Assembly (NCBI GenBank): GCA_963722725.1
Contig: CAVROB010000010.1
Location: forward strand, 53,400-117,399
Source of the DNA: an uncultured Acidobacteriota bacterium
GTDB lineage: Bacteria; Acidobacteriota; Terriglobia; Terriglobales; Acidobacteriaceae
Length of the DNA stretch: 64,000 nt
Direction of reading: 5' to 3'
This document shows positions 46,801 through 57,478 of the stretch, in pieces. The notes under the pieces were generated by a model. It worked only from the letters and a program-made list of their open reading frames with translations, was not told the DNA's origin and did no database searches. Every line of letters begins with the position of its first letter. The first letter of the stretch is position 1. The position numbers were made by a program, and so were the translations under genes.

Positions 46801-47321
46801 ATTTATGGGAACTGCCTTTCGGTCACGACAAACGGTGGTTGACGGGAAATAGCGTTCCGCGCGCCATATTCGGGGACTGGCAATGGAGCGGCGACTGGAC
46901 GATCGCTTCGGGACTTCCCTTCACGCCTCGACTCCTGGGTGACTTTTCGGACGTTGAGCGCGGTACAAATGGAACGTTGCGACCGAATCTAGTTCTCGGA
47001 GAATCAATTTCGATTCCGAACCCGTCGATTGGGCAGTGGTTCAATACTGCCGCATTCGTCGCACCACCGCCGGGTCAATACGGCGATGCGCGCCGCAACA
47101 GTATCATCGGTCCTCCGACCAAGGTTTTTGATATGGCCTTCACCAAAATCTTTCCGTTGAAGGAATCGCGTGTTCTGGAGTTTCGCGCCCAAGCAACGAA
47201 TGTTTTCAACATTCCGCAATACGCCAGCATCGATACACAAGTGAACTCTCCGACGTTCGGCAGAGTGACCGCGGTCGGAGCCATGCGAGCGATACAGTTG
47301 ACATCGAGGTTTCGGTTTTAG
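43872..47321 (+). CDS. TonB-dependent-receptor-like outer-membrane beta-barrel with N-terminal carboxypeptidase-regulatory-like domain
   Basis: 1149 aa. GIVKSGNMPLPGATVTAANTLTGQKVTTSTDVDGSYSV (CarboxypepD_reg-like). Long barrel. C-terminal ...LTSRFRF ends in an aromatic residue. The true start may be an internal GTG near 43914. Confidence 0.8.
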   Translation: MTIVKIVGGALKAYVQIGTQSRVKRHRLARERALFLCLATVVYCPCLAAQSPQAQGGIIHGIVKSGNMPLPGATVTAANTLTGQKVTTSTDVDGSYSVQVPSDGRYVVRAQMAAFAPVTQEVRVNDANRNLEANLELILLSRVPKAEPANPTASAQAAATGAGRGFQNLTLEQSAEGRELNGNGASDIVPQGMPVPGIAPDSATESVAISGNSSSPFATMSSAEMQQRFNDSRQQGGGFGGGGFGGPGGFGGGGGGFGGGAALFGRRGFDINKPHGSIYYGIGDSALNAAPYSLTGQPVIKPAYEQNSFGGSIGGPLNIPKIYHGGDKTFFFVNYNGKRGENPFDQFSTVPTLLERQGNFSQTLYTSGSNAGQPVQIFNPATGTQFANNTIPQINPVAAGLLPYIPMPNLPGNYQNFHFITSANSSSDDLNIRINHSFGAALRGRRQGGGRRGPQNNLTFGFHYHGSSAELTNPFPSVGGHTDVRSFDIPISYVRSFGKLTNVARFDFNRSRTRTQNLYAFVNNITGAVGIDGVSTNPFDWGLPSLSFTNFGGLQDVNPALLRDQTFTYSDNMIWTHGKHTWRWGGDFRRIQLNTETDSNARGSFIFTGLNTSQILNGQPVNGTGFDFADFLLGLPQQTSAQFGENNYHFRGNSWDLYAQDEWKMRGNLTLNLGVRYEYVSPYTEINNRIVNLDLSPGVLSLTAGPPAVAVVLPGQIGPYNGLYPVTLVRPDRNNFAPRVGFAWKPFSKTVVRGGYGINYNTGAYQTIVQQLAFQPPFSFAETNVQSSPGQLTLQNGFPTSQSAGITNNYAVNPNYRLGYVQIRNLDIQQQIKPTLLLNIDYTGTKGTDLDVLEAPNRTATGIRIPGVQAFNYQNSVADSEANAGSVRLRKRLAHEFSVGGTYTFSKSLDDASTIGAGATSGSGSSGLGAGGTAAGSGASSGTSSAGMTNVAQNAFDLSAERGLSSFNQTQRFTADYLWELPFGHDKRWLTGNSVPRAIFGDWQWSGDWTIASGLPFTPRLLGDFSDVERGTNGTLRPNLVLGESISIPNPSIGQWFNTAAFVAPPPGQYGDARRNSIIGPPTKVFDMAFTKIFPLKESRVLEFRAQATNVFNIPQYASIDTQVNSPTFGRVTAVGAMRAIQLTSRFRF

Positions 47322-47325
47322 GGAC

Positions 47326-49423
47326 ATGACTAACTCCAGTTCAATCCGCCAGCTTCGCATACGTAAGCCCTCGGCCGTGCTCCTGGTGCTCGTTCTGCTG
47401 GGTTCCTACCTGCCCTCCCAAACCGATTACACCTTCCACGCCGAAACCGAACTGGTTCTGGTAAATGTCACGGTGCGTGACAAGAGTGGCAAGGTTGTCC
47501 GCGACATGAAGCCTGAGGACTTTCAGATCAAAGAAGATGGCAAATCCCAGCAAATCGTCTCCTTTGATATTGAGAACACTGATGCAGTGCCCACTCTCGA
47601 TGTAGCCCAAGCAAAGCCGTTAGAGAATTCCCCAGCCCCAGCCCCGACCTCAGAGAAGCCGCAACTCGCCGCTGCAGTCGAGTTCAAAGATCGCCGTTTG
47701 ATCGTGTTGTTCTTCGATCTTTCGGGGATGGAGCCTGACGAGATCGACCACTCGGTGACTGCCGCCGTGAACTACGTGGATAAACAAATGGCTCCAGCCG
47801 ACCTGGTTTCGATTGTTTCGCTCGGAAGTTCGCTGCAGGTCAATCAGGATTTCACCACTGACCATGCATTGTTGAAGAAGGCTCTGCAGGCTTTGAATCC
47901 TGGTGCCGGACAAGGTTTTGAAGAGGGATCGACCGGGACAACCGAGGGCACGCCCGACACGGGCGGATCGTTCACCGCCGACGACACCGAGTACAACATC
48001 TTCAACACCGATCGTCGACTAGAAGCATTACGATCCGTCGCGGAACGGCTTTCCCACGTGCAACAAAAGAAGTCCTTGATCTATTTTTCCAGCGGCATCG
48101 ATCGCACCGGCATCGAGAACGAGTCAGAGTTGAAAGCCGCGACCAACGCCGCAGTCCGCGCGAATCTCGCTTTTTACACCATGGACATCCGCGGGCTGCA
48201 AGCTCTGGTGGCCGGTGGAGAAGCGCAGAATGCCAGCCTTCGAGGCACTTCGCCGTACTCAGGGCAGTCGACACTCAACGCTCTGAATTCGAATTTCACT
48301 ACCCAGGAAACCCTCGTGACCCTGGCTGCGGACACCGGCGGCCGTGCCTTCCTCGATTCCAACGATTTCAGCAAAGTCTTCAAGGGCGTGCAGGACGATA
48401 CCTCGACCTATTACGTTCTTGGCTACCACAGCACCAACCCCGCACGTGACGGTCGATACCGGCGCATCACTGTAAGCCTGAATCGGCCAGGCGATGAAAA
48501 TTGAATACAGGCGCGGGTACTATGCTCCGGCGGACTATCAGCATTCCACCAAGGAAGACCGCGAGCGCCAACTCGAAGAGGAACTCAATTCCGACTTGCC
48601 TGCCACTGATCTGCCGCTTTACCTCGCCGCTGGATACTTCCGCATCGGTGACAACAAATTCTTTATCCCCATCTCGCTGGCCGTTCCGGGATCGCAAATC
48701 CCATTCACCAGCACCAGTAATCAGGACAAAGCCACGCTCGATGTCATCGGCGTGGCGCTCGACAGCAACAAGCGCCAGGTCGGCGACATGCGCGATACGG
48801 TGAAGCTTGCCGTAAACACTTCTGCCGAAGTGCGCAGGAAGAATGTACAGTACAACAACGGATTTATCCTGCTTGCCGGCAAATATCATTTGAAGTTTGT
48901 GGTTCGCGAAAACCAGAGTGGGCGCATGGGATCGTTTGAGACCGATATCGAGATCCCCGACCTGAAAACCCAGCCCGTGAAGATGAGCTCCGTGGTGTTG
49001 GCCAATCAGATCCAGCCGTCAAAAAATACCCGCAACAACAACAATCCCCTAGTCCGGGACGGCTCGGAAATCATTCCGAGCGTCACTCACGTCTTCTCAA
49101 CCGGGCAGCACCTTTATCTCTATTACGAAGTCTACGATCCGGGACACGAAGGTCAAAGCAATGGCAAATCAAAAGGCGGGACCGATTCGAGCATCCGGCT
49201 TTTGACCAACATCGCCTTTTTCCAAGGGAAGGCGAAGGCTTATGAGAGTCCGTTGCAGGAAGTAAAAGAGCTGAATGCGCGGGATCGGGGCGCAGCCGTG
49301 TTCCAACTGGATGTCCCGTTGACCCAGCTTAAGCCCGGCTTTTACACCTGCCAAGTGAACGTGGTGGACGACGCCGCGGGACGGTTCACGTTCCCCCGGC
49401 TTGCGTTGCTGATTCGGCAGTAG
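47326..49423 (+). pseudogene. Secreted VWA-domain protein of the Acidobacteria-expanded type, reading frame broken at ~48490-48504
   Basis: ORF 47326..48504 ends ...RYRRITVSLNRPGDEN*. ORF 48494..49423 starts MKIEYRRGYYAP in the +1 frame with no Shine-Dalgarno. Removing one nucleotide gives the continuous sequence ...VSLNRPGMKIEYRRGYYAP.... Confidence 0.6.
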
Positions 49424-49792
49424 CTGAGTTGTTGCATCTGACGTTCTCCTAAACGGAAATGCGCTTACGAACATTTACTTTCCGTTACAAATTCTTACCT
49501 CACACGCGCGAAAACCTGTTTTTATCAGAGGAGCGATTTAAACCTTAGACAACGGGGACTCAGAAAGCGCATCAAATGGGATCAGCGTTTGGAAGCATAG
49601 GGTTCGACCACCAATTGCGTCTCGAATCTCAGACGTAACTCCAGAAAGACTAAATGCTGGTTCTAAAACTCGTATGGCGAAGTTAATATATTCAGGACAT
49701 CTTGCACATCCTTATTCGGAGCAACAAACTGCATCGGGACTTTTACACCGTTTTGATGATCGGCCACTGGGAGCACTGGGCTGCATTGACTG

Positions 49793-51049
49793 ATGCAAGA
49801 AAATCGGATGGAAACCAAACCTCCTGCTTCGACCGTTGAGCTCCAGCAGCAGCAACAACCGGCGCCTACGGGTCACTCCAATAAGTCCAGATGGCAACGC
49901 TTTTTCGTATGGGCTGCGCTGCTGCTGACTTTTGGCGTGATTTTCATGCTGGTGCTGCGTCATCATGACGAAACCCAAAGCGCAGCTTCCTCGCGGCGCG
50001 GTGTGACCGGCCCGGTCACGGTTGTGACCACGGTTGCACAAAAGGGGAACATCGGAGTGTATCTGGAGGCGATTGGCACGGTCACTCCGATCTATACCGA
50101 CTCGATTACCAGTCAGGTCACAGGGATGGTCACCCAGGTGCACTATCAGGAAGGCCAACTGGTCAGCAAGGGCCAAGCCTTGGTCGATATCGATCCGCGT
50201 CCCTACGAGGCCCAGCTCTTGCAGGCCCAAGGCGCGCTCGAGCGCGACACCCACGTCCTTGAACAGGCACAAATGGATCTGCAACGATACCGCGACGCGT
50301 GGGCGCGAAATGGCATTCCCAAGCAGACGCTCGATGACCAGGAAAAAGTCGTGCTGCAGGATGAAGGCACGGTAAAAAACGATCAGGGCACGGTGCAGTA
50401 TGACCAGGTCCAGGTCGGCTGGTGCCACATTACGGCTCCGATCGCCGGACGCGTCGGTCTACGGCTGGTAGATCCAGGAAACGTTGTCCAATCCAGCGGA
50501 ACCACGACCCTGGTCGTAATCACCGAAGAGCAGCCGATCACCGTCGTCTTTACCGTTGCCGAAGACAGCCTTCCGCAAGTGCTGGCGCAGACTCGCCATG
50601 GCAAACGGCTGGAAGTCGACGCCTTTGATCGGGCGCAACTGACACAGATCGCGACCGGAAAGCTGCTGACCCTCGACAACCAGATCGATACCACTACAGG
50701 TACGGTGAAGCTGCGGGCGCTCTTCGATAACAAAGACGACGGTCTGTTCCCCAACCAGTTCGTGAACACCAGGCTGCTGGTGAACACTCTGCAAGGGGTC
50801 ACGCTGATTCCGACTTCCGCCATTCAACATAATGGCCAGACCGCATTCGTTTACCTCATCCAGAATGGCACGGCTCAGATTCGCAACATCAAGCCAGGTG
50901 TCGCGAACGCCGGGCAGACCGCTGTCGAAGGCATCAACCCCGGGGACGTCGTTGCAGACAGCAGCTTTGACAAGCTGCAAAACAATTCGAAGATCACGGT
51001 TTCCAAGCAGCCTCTTCCGGGTGCTGCCAGCGAGGGCCCAGCTCCGTGA
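49793..51049 (+). CDS. mdtA: RND efflux membrane fusion (periplasmic adaptor) protein, MdtA-like
   Basis: 418 aa. TM anchor. Lipoyl/hairpin/beta-barrel layout. 4-nt overlap with the next gene. Confidence 0.88.
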   Translation: MQENRMETKPPASTVELQQQQQPAPTGHSNKSRWQRFFVWAALLLTFGVIFMLVLRHHDETQSAASSRRGVTGPVTVVTTVAQKGNIGVYLEAIGTVTPIYTDSITSQVTGMVTQVHYQEGQLVSKGQALVDIDPRPYEAQLLQAQGALERDTHVLEQAQMDLQRYRDAWARNGIPKQTLDDQEKVVLQDEGTVKNDQGTVQYDQVQVGWCHITAPIAGRVGLRLVDPGNVVQSSGTTTLVVITEEQPITVVFTVAEDSLPQVLAQTRHGKRLEVDAFDRAQLTQIATGKLLTLDNQIDTTTGTVKLRALFDNKDDGLFPNQFVNTRLLVNTLQGVTLIPTSAIQHNGQTAFVYLIQNGTAQIRNIKPGVANAGQTAVEGINPGDVVADSSFDKLQNNSKITVSKQPLPGAASEGPAP

Positions 51050-54000
51050 GCCCGTCTCGCCCATTCATCATGCGGCCCGTGGCGACCGCGCTGCTGATGG
51101 CGGCGATCTTACTCGTCGGTATCGTTGCCTTTACCCAGTTACCGGTCTCGGCACTGCCCGAGGTCGATTACCCCACCATCCAAGTCGTCACCTTTTATCC
51201 GGGCGCCAGCCCAATCGTGATGGCGACGACAGTAACCGCGCCGCTCGAGCGGCAGTTTGGTCAACTGCAGGGGCTCAGCCAGATGACCTCCACAAGTTCG
51301 GGAGGAACCTCGGTCATCGTGCTGCAGTTCAACTTGAGCCTCAACATTGACGTTGCCGAAGAGGAGGTTCAGTCGGCCATCAATGCGTCGCAGAGTTATC
51401 TGCCCTCCAACCTGCCCGCGCCCCCGGTTTACAGCAAGACAAATCCTGCCGACGCGCCTGTACTGACTCTCGCCATAACTTCTGATTCCGTTCCGTTGTC
51501 GCAGGTCGAAGACTTAGTGGATACGCGGCTGGCTCCGAAACTGTCGCAGCTCAGTGGAGTCGGCTTGGTGAGTATCAGCGGCGGTCAGAAGCCGGCCGTC
51601 CGCATTCGCGCTAATCCAGTCGCGCTCTCTTCCTACGGCGTGGATCTTGAGGATGTGCGCACGGCTCTCGTGCAAGCCAGTGTCAACGCCGCCAAGGGTA
51701 ACTTCGACGGTCCCCGGCAGGACTACCAGATCGACGCCAACGACCAACTCGTCAGCAGCGCCGATTATCGTGACGTCGTAGTCGCGTACCGCAATGGCGC
51801 GCCGGTCATGCTCACGGACGTGGCCGAAGTCATCGATGGCGTCGAGAACAATAAACAAGCCGCGTGGATGAATCAAACGCCCGCGGTCATCCTGAACGTG
51901 CAGCGTCAGCCGGGCGCCAACACGATCAGCGTAGTCAAGAGCATCAAGAAGCTCTTGCCACAACTCGAAGCCAATCTGCCGGCCTCGGTTCAGGTCACCA
52001 CGCTGACCGATCTGACCACCGCGATCCAGGCTTCTGTGTCCGATGTCGAATTCGAATTAATGCTGACCATCGCGCTGGTGGTGATGGTGATTTTCCTTTT
52101 TCTGCGAAGTCTCTACGCCACGATCATTCCTAGCGTGGCTGTCCCACTGTCGCTCGTGGGCACTTTCGCTGCCATGTACGCACTGGGCTATAGCCTGGAC
52201 AACCTATCCCTGATGGCTCTCACCATCTCCACCGGGTTTGTCGTGGACGACGCCATCGTGATGATCGAAAACATCTCGCGCTTCATCGAGGAAGGCGAAT
52301 CGCCGATGGAGGCGGCGCTCAAGGGAGCGGAACAAATCGGCTTCACCATCGTGTCGTTGACCGTCTCGCTAATTGCCGTGCTTATTCCTTTGTTGTTTAT
52401 GGGAGACGTAGTCGGACGACTTTTCCGTGAGTTTGCCGTAACCCTCGCGGTCACGATCGTCATCTCCGCCGTGGTATCGCTGACTCTGACTCCGATGATG
52501 TCGGCCCGCATCTTGCGCCATCAACCCAAGGACCAGCAGGGACGCATTTATCAGGCCTCCGAGCGCGTCTTCGAACGCATGATCGCATTCTATGGGCGGA
52601 CTTTGAAGTTCGTGCTTCGCTACCAAACCATCACGCTGTTTGTCGCCCTGGGCACGCTGATACTCACGGTATTTCTCTACATTGTGATTCCCAAGGGATT
52701 TTTCCCGGTGCAGGATACCGGTGTCATTCAAGGCATTTCACAGGCTCCCGAAACCATCTCCTTCCAGGCAATGTCGGAGAAGCAGCAGGAACTGGCCAAG
52801 GTTATCCTTCAGGACCCGGCGGTGCAGAGTCTTTCTTCATTTATTGGAGCCGACGGCACCAACACAACTCTCAACAGCGGCCGCATGTCGATCAACTTGA
52901 AGCCGCTTGAGGACCGCAATCTCAGCGCCTCCGACGTGATCCGCAGGCTCCAGTCCAACCTGAAGAACGTTCAAGGAATCGCGGTCTACATGCAGCCGGT
53001 ACAAAACATTACCGTCGATGACCGCGTGAGCCGCACGCAATATCAGTACACGCTTGAGGATCCCGATGCGAACGAACTGAACGATTGGACGAATCGCTTT
53101 GTCTCTAAATTGAAGAACTTGCCTCAACTCGAGGATGTGGCAACCGACCAGCAGACAGGCGGACTGGCGGTCTCGCTGATCATCGATCGTGTCACCGCCT
53201 CGCGACTCGGTATTGCACCGTCGACCATCGACAACACTCTGTACGACGCCTTGGGACAGCGCCAGATCAACACGATGTACACCCAACTCAACCAGTACCA
53301 CGTGATCCTCGAAGCACTGCCGCAGTTCCAACACGATCCCAATGTGCTGCAACATCTGTATATCCAGGCCAATGCCTCATCCGGGACCTCTGGACCAGGA
53401 GCTTCTTCCTCGTTTGCGTCTTCCGGATCTTCCTCCGCTGGATCGAATGCGACTACGACTTCGGTCCTCTATACACCTTCTTCAGGCGTGCTGGTTCCGA
53501 TCACGAATGCGCTCTCGCCAAGCAATAGTTCAACTGGATCGACGTCGAACTCTTCGGCGAACACCGTCAGTAGCACAGTGATGAGCAACGCCGTGCCCCT
53601 CAGTGCGTTTACACATGTCCAGCGCGCAACCGAGGCGCTCTCGATCAATCATCAGGGACAGTTTCCCTCCGTCACGGTCTCGTTCAATCTCGCGCCCAAT
53701 GCCGCCTTGGGAAGCGCCATCACTGCAATCGACAAGGTACAGAAGGACATGAACATGCCGCCGAGTTTGCAGGCCGATTTCCAGGGCACGGCGGCCTCGT
53801 TCAAGAACTCGCTTTCGAACGAGGCCCTGTTGATTCTCGCCGCGCTGGTAACCGTTTACATCGTGTTGGGCGTCCTGTACGAGAGTTTCGTTCATCCAGT
53901 CACCATTCTTTCCACTCTTCCCTCTGCCGGAGTGGGCGCGCTTCTGGCGCTGATGTTATTTCGTCAGGACCTCAGCGTCGTCGCCATTATCGGCATCATC

Positions 54001-54369
54001 TTGCTCATCGGAATTGTGAAGAAGAACGGAATCATGATGGTGGATTTCGCGCTCGAGGGAGAGCGCCAGCACGGCAAGAATGCCACCGACGCCATCTATG
54101 AAGCCAGCCTGCTGCGCTTCCGCCCGATCATGATGACCACCATGGCCGCGCTGCTCGGAGGCCTCCCATTGGCTTTCGGAACCGGAATTGGCTCGGAAAT
54201 TCGCCGTCCCCTCGGAATCGCCATGGTGGGAGGACTCTTGCTGAGCCAGGCGCTCACGCTTTACACCACCCCGGTGATCTACATCTTCTTCGACAACCTC
54301 GGGAAAAGATTTTCAGGTTCGCATGCTGGTGAAACCTCGGGCGGCACCGCACCGGAAGCGCAGCCATGA
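51046..54369 (+). CDS. mdtB: RND multidrug efflux permease, MdtB-like, with a low-complexity periplasmic insertion
   Basis: 1107 aa. 12-TM RND architecture. [19 protein letters not shown]-terminus. First of two tandem RND paralogues. Confidence 0.92.
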   Translation: MSPSRPFIMRPVATALLMAAILLVGIVAFTQLPVSALPEVDYPTIQVVTFYPGASPIVMATTVTAPLERQFGQLQGLSQMTSTSSGGTSVIVLQFNLSLNIDVAEEEVQSAINASQSYLPSNLPAPPVYSKTNPADAPVLTLAITSDSVPLSQVEDLVDTRLAPKLSQLSGVGLVSISGGQKPAVRIRANPVALSSYGVDLEDVRTALVQASVNAAKGNFDGPRQDYQIDANDQLVSSADYRDVVVAYRNGAPVMLTDVAEVIDGVENNKQAAWMNQTPAVILNVQRQPGANTISVVKSIKKLLPQLEANLPASVQVTTLTDLTTAIQASVSDVEFELMLTIALVVMVIFLFLRSLYATIIPSVAVPLSLVGTFAAMYALGYSLDNLSLMALTISTGFVVDDAIVMIENISRFIEEGESPMEAALKGAEQIGFTIVSLTVSLIAVLIPLLFMGDVVGRLFREFAVTLAVTIVISAVVSLTLTPMMSARILRHQPKDQQGRIYQASERVFERMIAFYGRTLKFVLRYQTITLFVALGTLILTVFLYIVIPKGFFPVQDTGVIQGISQAPETISFQAMSEKQQELAKVILQDPAVQSLSSFIGADGTNTTLNSGRMSINLKPLEDRNLSASDVIRRLQSNLKNVQGIAVYMQPVQNITVDDRVSRTQYQYTLEDPDANELNDWTNRFVSKLKNLPQLEDVATDQQTGGLAVSLIIDRVTASRLGIAPSTIDNTLYDALGQRQINTMYTQLNQYHVILEALPQFQHDPNVLQHLYIQANASSGTSGPGASSSFASSGSSSAGSNATTTSVLYTPSSGVLVPITNALSPSNSSTGSTSNSSANTVSSTVMSNAVPLSAFTHVQRATEALSINHQGQFPSVTVSFNLAPNAALGSAITAIDKVQKDMNMPPSLQADFQGTAASFKNSLSNEALLILAALVTVYIVLGVLYESFVHPVTILSTLPSAGVGALLALMLFRQDLSVVAIIGIILLIGIVKKNGIMMVDFALEGERQHGKNATDAIYEASLLRFRPIMMTTMAALLGGLPLAFGTGIGSEIRRPLGIAMVGGLLLSQALTLYTTPVIYIFFDNLGKRFSGSHAGETSGGTAPEAQP

Positions 54370-57300
54370 ATCCTTCTGAGCTTTTCATCCGGCGGCCGGT
54401 GGCAACAACCTTGTTGACTCTCGCCATCGCCATTGCCGGGGCGGTTGCCTACACTGTACTGCCGGTTTCTCCGCTGCCCCAAGTCGATTTCCCAACCATC
54501 TCCGTTTCTGGGTCCTTGCCGGGAGCGAGCGCCCAGATTATGGCGTCTTCCGTCGCTACCCCTCTCGAGCGGCAGTTTGGCCACATCGCGGGCGTCTCGG
54601 AAATGACCTCTGCCAGTTCGCTGGGGAGCACATCGATCACGATTCAGTTTGACCTCAGCCGCAATATCGACGGGGCGGCGCGCGATGTTGAAGCTGCCAT
54701 CAGCGCAGCTCGCACCTACCTGCCGGCAAATCTGCCCGCCAATCCCACGTATCGAAAAGTTAACCCCGCCGACGCCCCAATCATGATTATTGGCTTGACC
54801 TCCAGTAAGTACGACCGGGGCAAACTATATGACGAAGCCTCCACCGTGATATCGCAGAAGCTCTCTCAGATTCAGGGGGTGGGACAGGTCTCAGTAGGGG
54901 GCAGTTCCCTGCCCTCGGTGCGCATCGATGTCAATCCCACGCAGTTGAACAATTACGGTCTGACGCTGGCTAACGTTCAAGCCGTATTGAGCACTCAGAA
55001 CGCCGACCTCGCTAAAGGTCAGATGTCCGACGGGGCGGTCACTGCCGATATTATTGCCAATGACCAGATCTCAGCCGCCAGTGACTATAAGCCGATAATC
55101 ATCGGACACAGTAACGGAGCGGCCGTACGGCTCTCCGATGTAGCCGAGGTGACCGACGATGTTCAGAACATTCGTTCCGCTGGGTATCTGAACGGCATAC
55201 CATCCGTCACAGTCATCATCTTCCGCCAGCCAGGCGCAAATATCATCCAGACCGTCGACAACATTCGCAGCCAGTTGCCATTTCTGAAAGCTTCCATTCC
55301 GCAGGGCATCGACACCACTATTGTTCTCGACCGAACTACCACGATTCGCGCCTCGGTCAACGACGTGGAGCGCACGTTGCTTATCTCTGTGGGGCTGGTC
55401 ATCCTGGTGGTCTTCGTCTTTCTACGCAACGCCCGCGCCACCTTGATTCCGAGCGTTGCCGTCCCCGTATCTCTGATCGGCACTTTTGCCGTGATGTATC
55501 TGCTCGGCTATAGCCTGGACAACCTCTCGTTGATGGCTCTTACCATCTCGACCGGGTTCGTGGTGGATGACGCCATCGTGGTGATGGAGAACATCTCGCG
55601 TCACCTGGAACAAGGGATGCAACCTTTCGCGGCTGCGCTGAAGGGCGCCCAAGAGATCGGCTTCACCGTATTTTCCATCAGCGTTTCGTTGATCGCGGTT
55701 TTCATACCCATTCTCATGATGGGAGGAATCGTCGGGCGCCTTTTCCGCGAGTTTGCCATCACGCTTTCGACCTCGATCGTCGTTTCTATGGTGGTTTCAT
55801 TGACCACAACCCCCACGATGTGTGCGCACTTGCTGAAGGAGGAAACGAAACAAGAGCATGGCAGAATCTTTCAGGCGAGCGAGAAGTTTTTTGCCTGGAT
55901 GCTGGAAGTCTATCGCCGCACCCTGCTCTGGGTGCTCGATAATTCGGGGTTGACTTTGACCGTTTTATTGATCACGATCGCATTGAACGTTGTGCTCATT
56001 ATCAAAATTCCCAAGGGCTTCTTCCCGCAACAGGATACAGGCGCCCTGGTCGGAGGCGTACAGGGTCCACAGGATTCCTCGTTCCCCGCGATGGACAATT
56101 CGATCCGGCAGTTGGTCGGGGTCATCAAGAGTGATCCCGCCGTCGCCAATGTAACCGCCTATACCGGCGGGAACGGCGCCACCAATGGCGGATTCATCTA
56201 CATCGCTCTGAAACCGCTCAACGAGCGCAAGATCGGCGCCCCGCAGATCATTAACCGGCTGCGCCCCAAATTGAATCGATTGCCCGTGGCTTCCGCGTTC
56301 TTGCAAGCGGCCCAGGATCTCCGAATCGGAGGCCGGTCAAGCAATGCGCTGTACCAGTACACCATTCAGTGTGACAATGTTCAGGATCTGTCGAAATGGG
56401 GGCCCATCCTTTTAACCGAGATGAAGAAGATTCCCGGCCTCCAGGACGTCAACTCCGATCAGCAAAACGGTGGATTGGAAGAACTGCTAACCTACGATCG
56501 CACCACTGCCGCTAAGTTGGGGATCACGACGCAGTCTCTCGACTCCTCGCTCTATAACGCCTTCGGCCAATCCGAAGTTTCGATTATTTATACTCAACTG
56601 AACCAGTACTACGTGGTTCTTGAGGTAGCTCCGCAATATTGGCAGAGCCCGCAAGGCCTGAAGTATATCTACCTGCGCAACGGAACCAACGGCAATATAC
56701 CGCTCGGCGCTCTGGCAAGCTCAGAATCCGGCACCACGCCGCTCGCGGTAAACCATACCGGCTTATTTCCGTCGGTAACGGTTTCCTTTAATTTGGCTCC
56801 CGGAGTTTCTTTGAGCGATGCCACGCAGCGCATCGCGCTGATGCAGCAGAAACTGGGCACGCCTTCAACCATTCGAGGCTTCTTTGCCGGCACGCTGCAG
56901 GCTTACCAGCAGTCATTGAGCACTGAACCCATGCTCGTGTTGACTGCGCTGCTAGCGGTCTACATTGTGCTCGGCATCCTCTATGAGAGTCTGGTGCATC
57001 CGCTGACCATTATCTCGACACTGCCGTCGGCCAGTGTAGGAGCTATGCTGGCGCTGATGCTTTTCAAGATCGATCTCAACGTAATTTCGATCATCGGAAT
57101 CGTGCTGTTGATCGGCATCGTCAAGAAAAACGCCATCATGATGATCGACTTCGCGCTGGTCGCGGAAAGGCAGGAAGGCAAGAGTACACGGGACTCAATC
57201 TTCGAAGCCTGCATGTTGCGCTTCCGTCCGATCCTGATGACAACCATGGCCGCGATATTTGGGGCGTTGCCGCTGGCCTTCGGCACCGGTACTGGTTCAG

Positions 57301-57467
57301 AGCTGCGCAGACCGCTCGGGATCACGATTGTGGGGGGGTTGATCGTGAGCCAGATGCTTACGCTCTACACCACTCCAGTGGTCTACCTGTTCCTTGATCG
57401 TTGGCGGCTCCGGCTGCAGAGCAAGCAGCACGGCGCGCTTCCGTCGCCAGCTCCGGAGACCACGTAG
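54366..57467 (+). CDS. mdtC: RND multidrug efflux permease, MdtC-like
   Basis: 1033 aa. [19 protein letters not shown]-terminus. Collinear with the preceding paralogue. 4-nt overlap with it. Confidence 0.92.
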   Translation: MNPSELFIRRPVATTLLTLAIAIAGAVAYTVLPVSPLPQVDFPTISVSGSLPGASAQIMASSVATPLERQFGHIAGVSEMTSASSLGSTSITIQFDLSRNIDGAARDVEAAISAARTYLPANLPANPTYRKVNPADAPIMIIGLTSSKYDRGKLYDEASTVISQKLSQIQGVGQVSVGGSSLPSVRIDVNPTQLNNYGLTLANVQAVLSTQNADLAKGQMSDGAVTADIIANDQISAASDYKPIIIGHSNGAAVRLSDVAEVTDDVQNIRSAGYLNGIPSVTVIIFRQPGANIIQTVDNIRSQLPFLKASIPQGIDTTIVLDRTTTIRASVNDVERTLLISVGLVILVVFVFLRNARATLIPSVAVPVSLIGTFAVMYLLGYSLDNLSLMALTISTGFVVDDAIVVMENISRHLEQGMQPFAAALKGAQEIGFTVFSISVSLIAVFIPILMMGGIVGRLFREFAITLSTSIVVSMVVSLTTTPTMCAHLLKEETKQEHGRIFQASEKFFAWMLEVYRRTLLWVLDNSGLTLTVLLITIALNVVLIIKIPKGFFPQQDTGALVGGVQGPQDSSFPAMDNSIRQLVGVIKSDPAVANVTAYTGGNGATNGGFIYIALKPLNERKIGAPQIINRLRPKLNRLPVASAFLQAAQDLRIGGRSSNALYQYTIQCDNVQDLSKWGPILLTEMKKIPGLQDVNSDQQNGGLEELLTYDRTTAAKLGITTQSLDSSLYNAFGQSEVSIIYTQLNQYYVVLEVAPQYWQSPQGLKYIYLRNGTNGNIPLGALASSESGTTPLAVNHTGLFPSVTVSFNLAPGVSLSDATQRIALMQQKLGTPSTIRGFFAGTLQAYQQSLSTEPMLVLTALLAVYIVLGILYESLVHPLTIISTLPSASVGAMLALMLFKIDLNVISIIGIVLLIGIVKKNAIMMIDFALVAERQEGKSTRDSIFEACMLRFRPILMTTMAAIFGALPLAFGTGTGSELRRPLGITIVGGLIVSQMLTLYTTPVVYLFLDRWRLRLQSKQHGALPSPAPETT

Positions 57468-57478
57468 CGAGGACTGAG

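Noticed and set aside
49590-49640. GGTTCGACC resembling a tRNA T-arm in the spacer upstream of mdtA
   Set aside because: No acceptor stem, anticodon arm or D-arm can be built around it, and there is no CCA-proximal pairing.
49712-50428. 238-aa minus-strand ORF overlapping the mdtA start
   Set aside because: It is antisense to the adaptor gene and extends into the non-coding spacer. There is no supporting motif.
52186-52290. ~100 nt with roughly 85% DNA identity to 55505..55610
   Set aside because: This is the most conserved TM4 region of the two tandem RND paralogues (…[26 protein letters not shown]…). The similarity reflects paralogy, not a mobile repeat.
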